In this document: positions 47,389 to 56,414 of the stretch, in pieces | Position numbering within the stretch: the stretch's first letter is position 1 | Layout of the letters: the number at the start of each line of letters is the position of its first letter | Source: an uncultured Actinomycetes bacterium | GTDB lineage: Bacteria > Actinomycetota > Coriobacteriia > Anaerosomatales > CAVRZR01 | Direction: 5' to 3' | Assembly (NCBI GenBank): GCA_963809535.1 | Contig: CAWEJW010000001.1 | Span: 163,136 to 227,135, forward strand | DNA: 64,000 nucleotides | Program-made: the position numbers and the translations under genes | Notes under the pieces: generated by a model | What the model was told of the DNA's origin: nothing | The model's input: only the letters and a program-made list of their open reading frames with translations | Database searches by the model: none

Positions 47389-49569
47389 GTGTCTGTCGCG
47401 CGCATGCTGAAGGTCACTGTGCTCGGCCACTCGTCAGTCGTTGATGAGGTTGTGGGCGGGCTGCAAGAAGCCGGTGTGCTTCAGGTTGCACGCCAGCCGT
47501 ACGAGCTGCCAGCCCTCGAAGTCGAACAGGATGACCCACATCTCCGACGGCTGCAGGAATACGTGGCAGACGCGCAGTTCGTATGTGAGTTCCTCCGTCG
47601 CTACCACGATTCGGAGGTCGCATTCTCGGCATTCATCAGCGAGAAGACTCACCTCAGCGAGGACGAGTACCGCGCTCTCGAGCCGGATACGCGGTTCAGG
47701 CGGTTGTACCGGGAGTGCGTCGACATCGCCGACCGCCTAGCGAGCAACGAGCGTGAGATCGGGCAGCGGGCCGAACTCATCGCCGAACTCACTCCGTGGC
47801 GCGAGTTCCGCACGCAGATCAAGGAGTGGCGTGGTACGGAGCATGTGCATCTGTTCACCGGGACCGTCCCTGCTACGCAGGGCTCGGCGATCCGTCAGAT
47901 GCTGCGCTCGCAGGTAAGCGATGTCAGCGTCGAGGAGCTCGGACCCATCGGTACTCGCCAGGCCTGGGTCGTCATGGCTCATGTCTGCTGCGTGGAGGAG
48001 GTTCGGGCAGCCCTTGCGGCCACGGACTTCCGGGAGGTGAGCTTCCCCGATCTCTCAGACTATCCCGCCGAGGAGATCGCGAGAGCATCCGACCGAATCG
48101 AGCAGGACCGCGCCGACTCCGACGGCTTGATCGAGAGGGCGAAGGAGCTTTCGGCCGAGAACTACCACCGCTCGGTCGCGCTCGTAGAGGCCATAGGGTC
48201 GGAACTAGACTCGCTCACCGTCCGCGAGGACTTCGGTGCGACTGAACGCGCGTTCGTGATCCAGGGGTGGCTTGTCGCGTCCGAACAGGAGCAGCTTGTG
48301 ACCGCGCTCAGGCCGTGGCAGGGCGATCTTGACGTTACGCTCAGCGAGCCGTCCGAAGGCGACCGCGTGCCGGTGGAGTTGCGGAACCCGGCGATCTTCA
48401 GGCCGTTCGAAGTGCTCACCGATCTGTACGGGCGCCCTAACTACGGCGAGCTCGACCCGACGCTGCTCCTCGCCCCCTTCTTCTTCCTGTTCTTCGGGAT
48501 CTGCATCAGTGACGTGGGATATGGGTCGATGATCATCATCGGCGCTTACCTCATCAAGACGCGTCTCGACGTAGCGCCTGGGGTCAAGAAGTTCATGGAC
48601 CTGCTCATGCTCGGTGGTGTGAGCGCGATCATCGTAGGCGTGCTCTTCGGCTCGTACTTCGCCATCCCCTACGAGAGCCTGCCGCCGTTCCTGCAGTCGC
48701 TGAGGGTGCTCGACCCGCTCACTCAGCTGACGCAGTTTCTCGTCATCTGCCTCGCCTTGGGGGTGATCCAGGTGTTCTTCGGGGTGCTGGTGTCGGCATT
48801 CGAAGCGTTTCGCCGAGGAGATCCTGCCACCGCCATCGCGGAGCCCTTGTCGACGATCTTCTTCTTCTCGATGATTGCGGTCGCGGTTGTGGTCCCCGGA
48901 GCGGCCCGCTGGGCCCTGGTGATCGGTCTCGGCGTCACGATGTTGCTCCAGGGACGGGCGATCAGTGTCGCGTTCGGCAGCAGCGACGTGAAGTCTTGGG
49001 ACCGAGGTCTCGGCGTGGGATGGCTGGTCGTGACCCTCGCGTGCATGGGGGCGCTCGCCTTGACGGGCGACATAGGCGCAGTCTGGGCCTTCCTCGTCGT
49101 GACGGTGCTCGGGATGCTGCTTGCTCGGACGGTGCGCCGAAGCGTGGTGGCGCTTCTTGGCGGCGCTTACGCGGTCTACGGGATGAGCTCGTTCATCGGA
49201 GACATCCTCTCCTACACACGCCTGGCCGCACTGGGCCTCTCGGGGTTCCTGGTGGGCTCGGTGTTCAACATCCTCACAGGGCTGGTGTGGAGCGGGGCAA
49301 GCGGGCTGTTCGCGCGCGGGGGGTTCTCCATCGTCCTGGGGATCCTCACGGTCGCCGCGACCGTTCTCGTGTTCGCTGGCGGACACACGTTCAATGTCGT
49401 GATCAACCTACTCGGTGCGTTCGTGCATCCCGCGCGCCTGCAGTTTGTCGAGTTCTTCAGCAAGTTCTACGAAGGAGGCGGGAAGGTGTTCTCGCCGTTC
49501 AGGTATCGGAGCAAGAATCTCGTGTTCAGCGCCGGGGAGACCCGGCAGAAAGGAGGAGCGGGATCGTGA
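47389..49569 (+). CDS. ntpI: V-type ATP synthase subunit I (a)
   Basis: 726 aa. Soluble N-terminal half starting VSVARMLKVTVLG, C-terminal multi-TM half with ILSYTRLAALGL (essential Arg helix). Confidence 0.9.
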   Translation: MSVARMLKVTVLGHSSVVDEVVGGLQEAGVLQVARQPYELPALEVEQDDPHLRRLQEYVADAQFVCEFLRRYHDSEVAFSAFISEKTHLSEDEYRALEPDTRFRRLYRECVDIADRLASNEREIGQRAELIAELTPWREFRTQIKEWRGTEHVHLFTGTVPATQGSAIRQMLRSQVSDVSVEELGPIGTRQAWVVMAHVCCVEEVRAALAATDFREVSFPDLSDYPAEEIARASDRIEQDRADSDGLIERAKELSAENYHRSVALVEAIGSELDSLTVREDFGATERAFVIQGWLVASEQEQLVTALRPWQGDLDVTLSEPSEGDRVPVELRNPAIFRPFEVLTDLYGRPNYGELDPTLLLAPFFFLFFGICISDVGYGSMIIIGAYLIKTRLDVAPGVKKFMDLLMLGGVSAIIVGVLFGSYFAIPYESLPPFLQSLRVLDPLTQLTQFLVICLALGVIQVFFGVLVSAFEAFRRGDPATAIAEPLSTIFFFSMIAVAVVVPGAARWALVIGLGVTMLLQGRAISVAFGSSDVKSWDRGLGVGWLVVTLACMGALALTGDIGAVWAFLVVTVLGMLLARTVRRSVVALLGGAYAVYGMSSFIGDILSYTRLAALGLSGFLVGSVFNILTGLVWSGASGLFARGGFSIVLGILTVAATVLVFAGGHTFNVVINLLGAFVHPARLQFVEFFSKFYEGGGKVFSPFRYRSKNLVFSAGETRQKGGAGS

Positions 49570-50066
49570 GTCAGACCTTTTGGGGGCTGTCCGGTGTCGA
49601 CTGGGCGCTCTTCGGTGGCGGGCTTGCCGCCATCCTCGGAGGCATAGGTTCGTCGATCGGCATCACCATCGCGAGTGCCACGATCTCGGGCATCGTGTCC
49701 GAGGACGGCGAGAAGTTCGGCAAGCTGCTGCCGCTGGCGGCCATGCCGGGCACTCAGGGCATCTACGGCTTCATCGCTGCTGTGCTTGTACTCGTGTTCT
49801 TCAGCATCCTGAGCGGCACCGCTACCCTCGATGGCACGCAGGGTTTCCAGGTATTCTTGGCCTGCCAGCCCGTCGCGTGGGCGTGCTTCATCAGCGCCAT
49901 CTACCAGGGGCTCACGGGAGCGTCTGCCGCGGGGATCGTAGCCAAGCGGGGCGAGGACGCGGGCAAGGCGCTCATCTTCCCTGCCCTCGTGGAGACCTAC
50001 GCCGTTCTGTCGCTGATCATCACGATCCTCATGCTATTGAGCCTACGGACGATGTTCGGGGCCTAG
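49566..50066 (+). CDS. ntpK: V-type ATP synthase subunit K (proteolipid c, 4 TM)
   Basis: GTG overlaps the subunit I stop (GTGA). GGIGSSIGI, MPGTQGIYGF, IYQGLTGASAAG, PALVETYAVLSLI. Confidence 0.9.
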   Translation: MSQTFWGLSGVDWALFGGGLAAILGGIGSSIGITIASATISGIVSEDGEKFGKLLPLAAMPGTQGIYGFIAAVLVLVFFSILSGTATLDGTQGFQVFLACQPVAWACFISAIYQGLTGASAAGIVAKRGEDAGKALIFPALVETYAVLSLIITILMLLSLRTMFGA

Positions 50067-50069
50067 GCT

Positions 50070-50666
50070 ATGGCGCTTGCTGACATCGTTCAACGAATCG
50101 AGCGAGAAGGCGTCGCCGAGGCCTACGTCGTCGTGTCAAAGGCGCAAGAGCAGGCCGACGAGCTGGTCTGCGACGCGCGAGAAGACGCCGAGCGCGCACG
50201 CGCCCGCACGCTCCAGACCGGCGCGCGTGAGGCGCGGGCCGAGGCCGAGCGTATTCTCGCGACAGCGCGGCTCGACGCGCGTGACCGCGCGGTCGCGGCA
50301 AGGCACGCTCTCACGGAGCGAGTGCTGCTTGCTGCGCGCGACGCAGTCCTGGCTGTAGCCGACACAGAGTACGCCGATCTACTCGCGCGGCGAATCGTAC
50401 ATGCGGCGCGAGGGGGCGAGACGGTTCTCGTGGCGGCCGCCGACGCATCCCGCCTCGCCCGAAGCCTCCAAGCCGCGGTCGCCCGCGCTACCGATCGCGA
50501 CTTGGGTCTTGTCTGGTCGGGTGAGGTCGCGGACGTCGAGCACGGCGTCGTACTTCGTGGCGACCGCACAAGCTTCGATCTTTCGGTCGACGCGGCGTTA
50601 GAAGAGCGTCGCGGCGAACTCGCGATGCTTGCGGCCGAGCTGCTCTTCGGCGAGGAAGAGGTCTAG
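50070..50666 (+). CDS. ntpE: V-type ATP synthase subunit E
   Basis: 198 aa. Long N-terminal helix (ALADIVQRIEREGVAEA...), position after K. Confidence 0.8.
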   Translation: MALADIVQRIEREGVAEAYVVVSKAQEQADELVCDAREDAERARARTLQTGAREARAEAERILATARLDARDRAVAARHALTERVLLAARDAVLAVADTEYADLLARRIVHAARGGETVLVAAADASRLARSLQAAVARATDRDLGLVWSGEVADVEHGVVLRGDRTSFDLSVDAALEERRGELAMLAAELLFGEEEV

Positions 50667-50669
50667 CCG

Positions 50670-51719
50670 ATGGGCGTTCTGGGGCCCAAGGCCGTTCGCG
50701 AGTCGATCCAGTACGGGTTCGCCGTCGGGAAGGTGCGTGTCCTGGAGACGAGGGTGTTCGGGGTTCCGACCTACGAGCGCCTGCTCGACGCGGCCGACTT
50801 CGAAGAACAGCGCCGAATCCTGTCCGACACCATCTACGGCCGGTATCTCGACGGGGCGCAGTCCACAAGCGACGTCGAGCGCGGTCTCGATTCCGCGCTC
50901 GATGACTTCTACCGCTTCCTCGAGGAGGCGCACCTGCCAAGACCGGTCGTTCACTTCTTCCGCGAGCGGTATGACTTCGCGAACCTGAAGGGTGTGCTGA
51001 AGGCCCGCCTGCTGTCGGCGCCCGTCGATGACCTCCTCGTGGACCTCGGAACGATCCCGATCGAGGAGTTCGGCGGGCAGCTCGAAGAGCTCCCCGAACC
51101 CTTCGGCTCTCTGAGTCAGCGTGTGCTAGAGGCAGCGCGCACGAGTGTGGAAGACGCCACGAAGGGCGCGACGCCCGGCTCGGGTACATCCGCAGCGGAT
51201 GTGCTCCCGCTCGTCGACACGGAGGTCGACCGCGCGATGTTCGTTGAACTCGGCCGGCTCGCGAGCCAGTCTGGAAGTGCCTTCCTGAAGCAGCTTGCGT
51301 CGCTCCAGGTGGACATCGCGAACGTGAAGTCCCTGCTTCGCGCCCGCCTCGCGAGCGTCCCCGCCAAGGATGCGCTCGCCACGACGATGGAAGGCGGATC
51401 GGTTCCTGTTGCCGAGCTGGCGAGGCTGTACGAGTTGCCACTGGCCGAGGCGGGCGCGCGGATCGCCGCGATGCCGGCGCTCTCCGGCATCCCGGCGTCG
51501 GACCTCGTTGACCTCGGCCGTTTGGACGTGATCGCGGACAACATCGTCGTCGGGTATCTGCGGCGTGCTCGCGCGGTGTCTGTGGGCGCTGAGCCTGTGA
51601 TCGCCTACGTCATGGGACGGGAGGCCGAAGTTCGCGCGGTGCGCACCCTGCTCATCGGCAGGCTTGCGGGTCTGCCAACCGAGGTGCTGCGTTCTCGCCT
51701 CCGGAATCTGTACGTCTAG
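50670..51719 (+). CDS. ntpC: V-type ATP synthase subunit C (d)
   Basis: 349 aa. YGFAVGKVRVLETRVF..., three-fold helical repeat typical of d/C subunits, operon position. Confidence 0.8.
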   Translation: MGVLGPKAVRESIQYGFAVGKVRVLETRVFGVPTYERLLDAADFEEQRRILSDTIYGRYLDGAQSTSDVERGLDSALDDFYRFLEEAHLPRPVVHFFRERYDFANLKGVLKARLLSAPVDDLLVDLGTIPIEEFGGQLEELPEPFGSLSQRVLEAARTSVEDATKGATPGSGTSAADVLPLVDTEVDRAMFVELGRLASQSGSAFLKQLASLQVDIANVKSLLRARLASVPAKDALATTMEGGSVPVAELARLYELPLAEAGARIAAMPALSGIPASDLVDLGRLDVIADNIVVGYLRRARAVSVGAEPVIAYVMGREAEVRAVRTLLIGRLAGLPTEVLRSRLRNLYV

Positions 51720-51729
51720 GGGAAGCTCA

Positions 51730-52059
51730 ATGGGCCTGATCGCAGTCGTAGGAGATACAACCAGCGTGGCGGGGTTCCGTCCGCTGGGTTTCGCGGTGTT
51801 CCCGCTCGAACGACCTCAGGACGCGAGGGGACTTTGGGGCGAGCTCGCGGGCGGGGCGTACTCAGTCGTGTTCGTGACCGAGCCCGTGTACTCGGCGATC
51901 GAGGATCTCGCCGCCCAGACGGCAGACAAGCCGTTGCCGGCGGTAACGGTCATTCCCGGGGTCGGCAGCACGGGCGGCGTCGGTGACGCGAAGCTCACGC
52001 GCGCGATCGAACGCGCGCTCGGTACGACAGTGGTTGTCGGAGAAGAGGAACAGGCGTGA
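51730..52059 (+). CDS. V-type ATP synthase subunit F
   Basis: MGLIAVVGDTTSVAGFRPLGFAVFP... 109 aa. Start trimmed to ATG 51730. Confidence 0.85.
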   Translation: MGLIAVVGDTTSVAGFRPLGFAVFPLERPQDARGLWGELAGGAYSVVFVTEPVYSAIEDLAAQTADKPLPAVTVIPGVGSTGGVGDAKLTRAIERALGTTVVVGEEEQA

Positions 52060-54020
52060 TGGAGCAGGGCACCGTCGTCAAGGTCGCCGGCCCGCTGGTC
52101 GTCGCGACAGGTCTCGCGAGCTCGAGGATGTTCGACCTCGTGAGGGTGGGCAAAGACGGCCTCATGGGCGAGATCATCGAGATGCGGGGCGATCGCGCAT
52201 CGATCCAGGTCTATGAAGAGACCGAGGGCCTCGGTCCCGGCGACCCGGTCGCGCCCACAGGCGCGCCGCTCTCGGTCGAGCTCGGTCCGGGGATGTTGGG
52301 GTCGGTCTACGACGGCGTGCAGCGTCCACTTGACGTGCTCGAGGCCCAAGGGGGCGCCTTCCTCCACCGTGGCATCAGCGCGCCAGGGCTCGACCGTGCC
52401 AAGCGCTGGGCGTTCGAGCCCGTCGCGAAGGTGGGCGAACGGGTGTCCGGCGGCTCGGTCATCGGCGTCGTTCAGGAGAACGAGGTCATCGAGCACCGCA
52501 TCCTCGTGCCGCCGGGCGTCTCAGGGGAAATCGCGCGGATCGATCGTGGCGAATTCACAGTCGAGCAGCCCGTGGGCGTGCTTCGCACTGAGAGTGGCGA
52601 CGAACGCGAGCTGCACATGATGCAGCGCTGGCCGGTCCGCGTCCCGCGCCCCTACTCACGCAAGGTCTCAGGCGACGAGCCGCTCGTGACGGGCACGCGT
52701 GTCATCGACACGTTCTTCCCGCTCGTCAAAGGCGGCACGGCGTGCATCCCCGGCCCGTTCGGAGCCGGCAAGACCGTCACCCAGCACCAGATCGCGAAGT
52801 GGTCGAACGCTCAGGTCGTGGTGTTCATCGGCTGCGGAGAGCGCGGCAACGAGATGACCGACGTGCTCATGGAGTTCCCCGAGCTCGTCGACCCGTACTC
52901 GGGACAGCCGCTCATGAAGCGCACCGTCCTCGTGGCGAACACCTCGAACATGCCCGTCGCGGCTCGGGAAGCGAGCGTCTACACCGGCATCACCATGGCT
53001 GAGTACTTCCGCGACATGGGCTACGAGGTCGTGCTGCAGGCGGACTCGACAAGCCGATGGGCCGAGGCGATGCGCGAGATCTCCGGCCGGCTCGAGGAGA
53101 TGCCGGGAGAAGAGGGATTCCCGGCATACCTCGGCACGAGGCTCGCGGCGTTCTACGAGCGCGCGGGCAAGGTCATGTGTCTCGGAGGCATGTGCGCCGA
53201 TGAGGGCTTCCGTGAGACGCCGGGCACAATGCCCGAGGCGCCGGAGATCGAGGTCGCTCCTCTGCCCGAGGAGCCGACACTGTTCGAGGCCCAGGACCGC
53301 GATCGTGAGCGGGCTGCAGCGGCGAGGCAGGCCGAACACGTATCTGCGCTTCGGGGCGAGCGCGAAGGCTCCGTGTCCGTCATCGGGTCGGTGTCCCCTC
53401 CGGGTGGTGACCTATCGGAGCCGGTCGTCCAGAACACCCTTCGTGTCGTGAAGGTCTTCTGGGCTCTCCAGGACCAGCTCGCCTACCAGCGGCACTTCCC
53501 GGCGATCGACTGGCTCACGAGCTACTCGCTCTACCTCGACAAGGTGGCCCCCTTCTGGTCCGCCAACGTCTCCGACGAGTTCCGCACGCGACGCGACGAG
53601 TGCATGGCGATCCTTCAGCGCGAGAGCGAGCTCGCCGAGATCGTGCGCCTTGTCGGCATCGAGGCGATCTCCGCCGAAGAACAGGTGCTGATGGAGACCG
53701 CCAAGTCGATCCGCGAAGACTTCCTTCAACAGAACGCATTTCGCGACGATGACCAATTCACGTCGCTGCAGAAGCAGGACCTGTTGCTCAAGACGATCCT
53801 GCTCTTCCACACGACGGCACTCGACGCGAGGGCAAAAGGTGCTTCCTTGAAGGCGATCTTCGAGGCGCCGGTGCGCGAGCGCATCGCGCGCGCCAAGTAT
53901 CTTGCCGAGGATCAGCTCGGCGAGTTCGATTCGATCGCGAGTGCGATCGAGACGCAGCTCGTCGCCAACGGGACTGCGCCTCGCCCAGGCGCTTCCGCGC
54001 TGCTGGAGGTGAGCTCCTAG
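52056..54020 (+). CDS. ntpA: V-type ATP synthase catalytic subunit A, with an insertion of about 55-60 aa
   Basis: GPFGAGKTV (Walker A), [28 protein letters not shown]. Extra segment [12 protein letters not shown]...ALRGERE lies between [12 protein letters not shown] and [15 protein letters not shown]. Confidence 0.95.
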   Translation: MMEQGTVVKVAGPLVVATGLASSRMFDLVRVGKDGLMGEIIEMRGDRASIQVYEETEGLGPGDPVAPTGAPLSVELGPGMLGSVYDGVQRPLDVLEAQGGAFLHRGISAPGLDRAKRWAFEPVAKVGERVSGGSVIGVVQENEVIEHRILVPPGVSGEIARIDRGEFTVEQPVGVLRTESGDERELHMMQRWPVRVPRPYSRKVSGDEPLVTGTRVIDTFFPLVKGGTACIPGPFGAGKTVTQHQIAKWSNAQVVVFIGCGERGNEMTDVLMEFPELVDPYSGQPLMKRTVLVANTSNMPVAAREASVYTGITMAEYFRDMGYEVVLQADSTSRWAEAMREISGRLEEMPGEEGFPAYLGTRLAAFYERAGKVMCLGGMCADEGFRETPGTMPEAPEIEVAPLPEEPTLFEAQDRDRERAAAARQAEHVSALRGEREGSVSVIGSVSPPGGDLSEPVVQNTLRVVKVFWALQDQLAYQRHFPAIDWLTSYSLYLDKVAPFWSANVSDEFRTRRDECMAILQRESELAEIVRLVGIEAISAEEQVLMETAKSIREDFLQQNAFRDDDQFTSLQKQDLLLKTILLFHTTALDARAKGASLKAIFEAPVRERIARAKYLAEDQLGEFDSIASAIETQLVANGTAPRPGASALLEVSS

Positions 54021-54021
54021 C

Positions 54022-55493
54022 ATGGCTCGGGAGTACATGACAACGCGCGACATCGTCGGTCCGCTTCTTGTGGTCGAGCACGTGGCGGGCGTGACCTACG
54101 GCGAGCTCGTGGACCTCGAGTTCCCCGACGGGACACGCTCGCTCGGCAACGTGCTGGAGATAGACGGGGACGTTGCACTTGTGCAGGCATTCCAGGGCAC
54201 CAGAGGCTCGAACCCATCGCAGACCAAGGTGCGGTTCCTCGGCAGGTCCCTCGAACTGGGCGTATCACGCGACATGCTCGGGCGCGTCTTCGACGGCCTC
54301 GGTAGACCGAGGGATGGAGGCCCGGAGATCATCCCGGACAAGCGCGTCTCGATCTACGGCAGTCCCATCAACCCTACCGCGCGCGACTTCCCGACGACTT
54401 CATCCAGACCGGCATCTCATCGATCGACGGGCTCAATCCGCTGGTCCGTGGCCAGAAGCTGCCGATCTTCTCGGGATCCGGCCTGCCGCACAACGAGCTC
54501 GCTGCCCAGATCGCCCGGCAGTCGGGTGTGCTCGCGCGTAGCGACGATCCGGGGCAGGTCGGCGCCAAGCTCGAGGGAGAGTTCGCGGTCGTCTTCGCCG
54601 CAATGGGCATCACGTTCGAGGACGCCGACTTCTTCATGAGCGAGTTCCGCACGACCGCGGCGATCGAGCGCGCCGTGCTCTTTCTGAATCTCGCCGACGA
54701 TCCCGCCGTCGAGCGTATCGCCACCCCACGGATGGCGCTCACAGCCGCCGAGTACCTTGCATGGGAATGCGACATGCACGTGCTCGTCATCCTCACGGAC
54801 ATGACCTACTACTGCGAGGCGCTGCGCGAGGTATCGGCGGCTCGAAAGGAGGTACCGGGACGCCGAGGCTATCCCGGTTACCTCTACACCGACCTGGCGT
54901 CGATGTACGAGCGGGCCGGTCGCATCAAGGGCAAGAAGGGTTCGATAACGCAGATCCCGATCCTGTCGATGCCCGAGGACGACAAGACGCACCCGATCCC
55001 GGACCTCACGGGCTACATCACAGAAGGCCAGATCATTCTCGACCGGCCGCTGCACCGGCGCGGGATCTATCCGCCGGTCGCAGTGCTGCCCTCGCTCTCG
55101 CGACTCAAGCAGAAGGGCATCGGCCCCGGCAAGACACGTGAGGATCACGCGGACCTCTCCAACCAGCTCTTTGGCGCCTACGCGCGTGGCATCCAGGCGA
55201 AGGAGCTCGCGGTGATCCTCGGCGAGGCGGCGCTGTCGGACACTGACAAGGCCTACGTGGCCTTCGCCGACGAGTTCGAGGCACGGTTCATCGCTCAGGG
55301 TCGCCGAGAAGACCGAAGCATCTCTGAGACGCTCGCGATCGGGTGGGACCTTGTGCGGATGCTGCCGCGCACCGAGCTCAAGCGCATTAGGGACGAGTAC
55401 GTCGAGAAGTACCTGCCGGAGACGGAGGGTGTTGGCGAATCTGCTGCCCCGGCTGCGGGCGACGCAGTGGAGTCCGAGGTGGTGACCGCGTGA
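54022..55493 (+). pseudogene. ntpB: V-type ATP synthase subunit B, reading frame interrupted by an apparent 1-nt deletion near 54391-54393
   Basis: Frame of ATG 54022 gives MAREYMTTRDIVGPLLVVEHV...[11 protein letters not shown], then nonsense to the stop at 54639. The frame starting at g54393 reads [43 protein letters not shown]...PGYLYTDLA... through 55493. Confidence 0.85.
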
Positions 55494-55681
55494 AGCCGGT
55501 CTGGGGCCTCATCCTGCTCGCGCTCGTTGCGGCGCTCGTCGCCATCGAGGTCTTCTCGAATCGTGCGATGAAGCGACTCGGCATCGAGCCGGCCCCGGCT
55601 GCGAGATGGCTGCGGATCGTCAACCTCGTCGCGGTGATCGTGGTCGTCGCGTTCGCGCTCTGGGTCATTCTGAAGGGCTGA
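55490..55681 (+). CDS. Small two-TM membrane protein encoded between V-ATPase subunits B and D
   Basis: 63 aa. GTG overlaps the subunit B stop (GTGA); its own stop lies 1 nt before the subunit D GTG. GC-rich third positions like the neighbours. [16 protein letters not shown]...[19 protein letters not shown]. Confidence 0.65.
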   Translation: MKPVWGLILLALVAALVAIEVFSNRAMKRLGIEPAPAARWLRIVNLVAVIVVVAFALWVILKG

Positions 55682-55682
55682 C

Positions 55683-56324
55683 GTGCCTCAACTTCGCGTA
55701 AACCCCAACCGGATGGAGCTCCTGCGGCTTCGGCGCCGCGCCGAGGTCGCTCGCCGCGGCCACAAGCTGCTCAAGGACAAGCTTGACGAACTCATGAAGG
55801 AGTTCCTGAGGCGGATCGCCGAGAATCGTCGCCTTCGCGCCGAGGTCGAGCGCAAGCTGTTCGTGGCCTACGGGCTGCTCACGATCGCGCGGGCAGAGGC
55901 AGGCGGCGCGACGATCACGCAGGCCCTGCTCGCGGGAGCGCCCGCCGAGCTCGTCTCTGCCGAGGAACGCAACGTCATGAGCGTGCACATCCCGGTACTC
56001 TCGGTGGGAGAGCTTCCGCACCCAGGCGGCTACTCCCTTGCCACCACGCCCGTGGTGCTCGACGAGGCCTTGCTGAGCCTCTCACAGGTGGCCCCCGACA
56101 TGATCGAGCTGGCCGAGCGCGAGAAGGCGATCGAGCTACTGGCCGCCGAGATCGAGCGCACGCGTCGGCGCGTGAACGCGCTCGAGTACGTGCTCATTCC
56201 GCAACTCGCCGAAGCTGTCCGCTACATCCGCATGAAGCTGGACGAGAGCGAGCGGGCCGACCTGACACGGTTGATGAAGGTCAAGGAGATCATCGAGGCG
56301 CAGAGTAAGCGCGCCATCGAGTAG
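55683..56324 (+). CDS. ntpD: V-type ATP synthase subunit D
   Basis: VNPNRMELLRLRRRAEVARRGHKLLKDKLDELM...RRVNALEYVLIPQL. Confidence 0.9.
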   Translation: MPQLRVNPNRMELLRLRRRAEVARRGHKLLKDKLDELMKEFLRRIAENRRLRAEVERKLFVAYGLLTIARAEAGGATITQALLAGAPAELVSAEERNVMSVHIPVLSVGELPHPGGYSLATTPVVLDEALLSLSQVAPDMIELAEREKAIELLAAEIERTRRRVNALEYVLIPQLAEAVRYIRMKLDESERADLTRLMKVKEIIEAQSKRAIE

Positions 56325-56357
56325 GCGCCAAGGCGTTCTCGAACCAGCGCGTCGTCA

Positions 56358-56381
56358 CGCCGCGGCGCGAGAGCCGCGGCG
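56358..56381. terminator. GC hairpin between convergent ntpD and pmbA (bidirectional terminator candidate)
   Basis: cgccgcggc-gcgaga-gccgcggcg, a perfect 9-bp stem. No strong U-tract. Confidence 0.4.
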
Positions 56382-56414
56382 CTCAAGTCGTGATTTCGTG
56401 GCTTTCGGCGCGGT

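Noticed and set aside
53185-53362. Intein in V-ATPase subunit A
   Set aside because: The insert is only about 57 aa. It lacks N-terminal Cys/Ser and C-terminal His-Asn plus a nucleophile, and has no endonuclease or splicing blocks. I treat it as a loop insertion.
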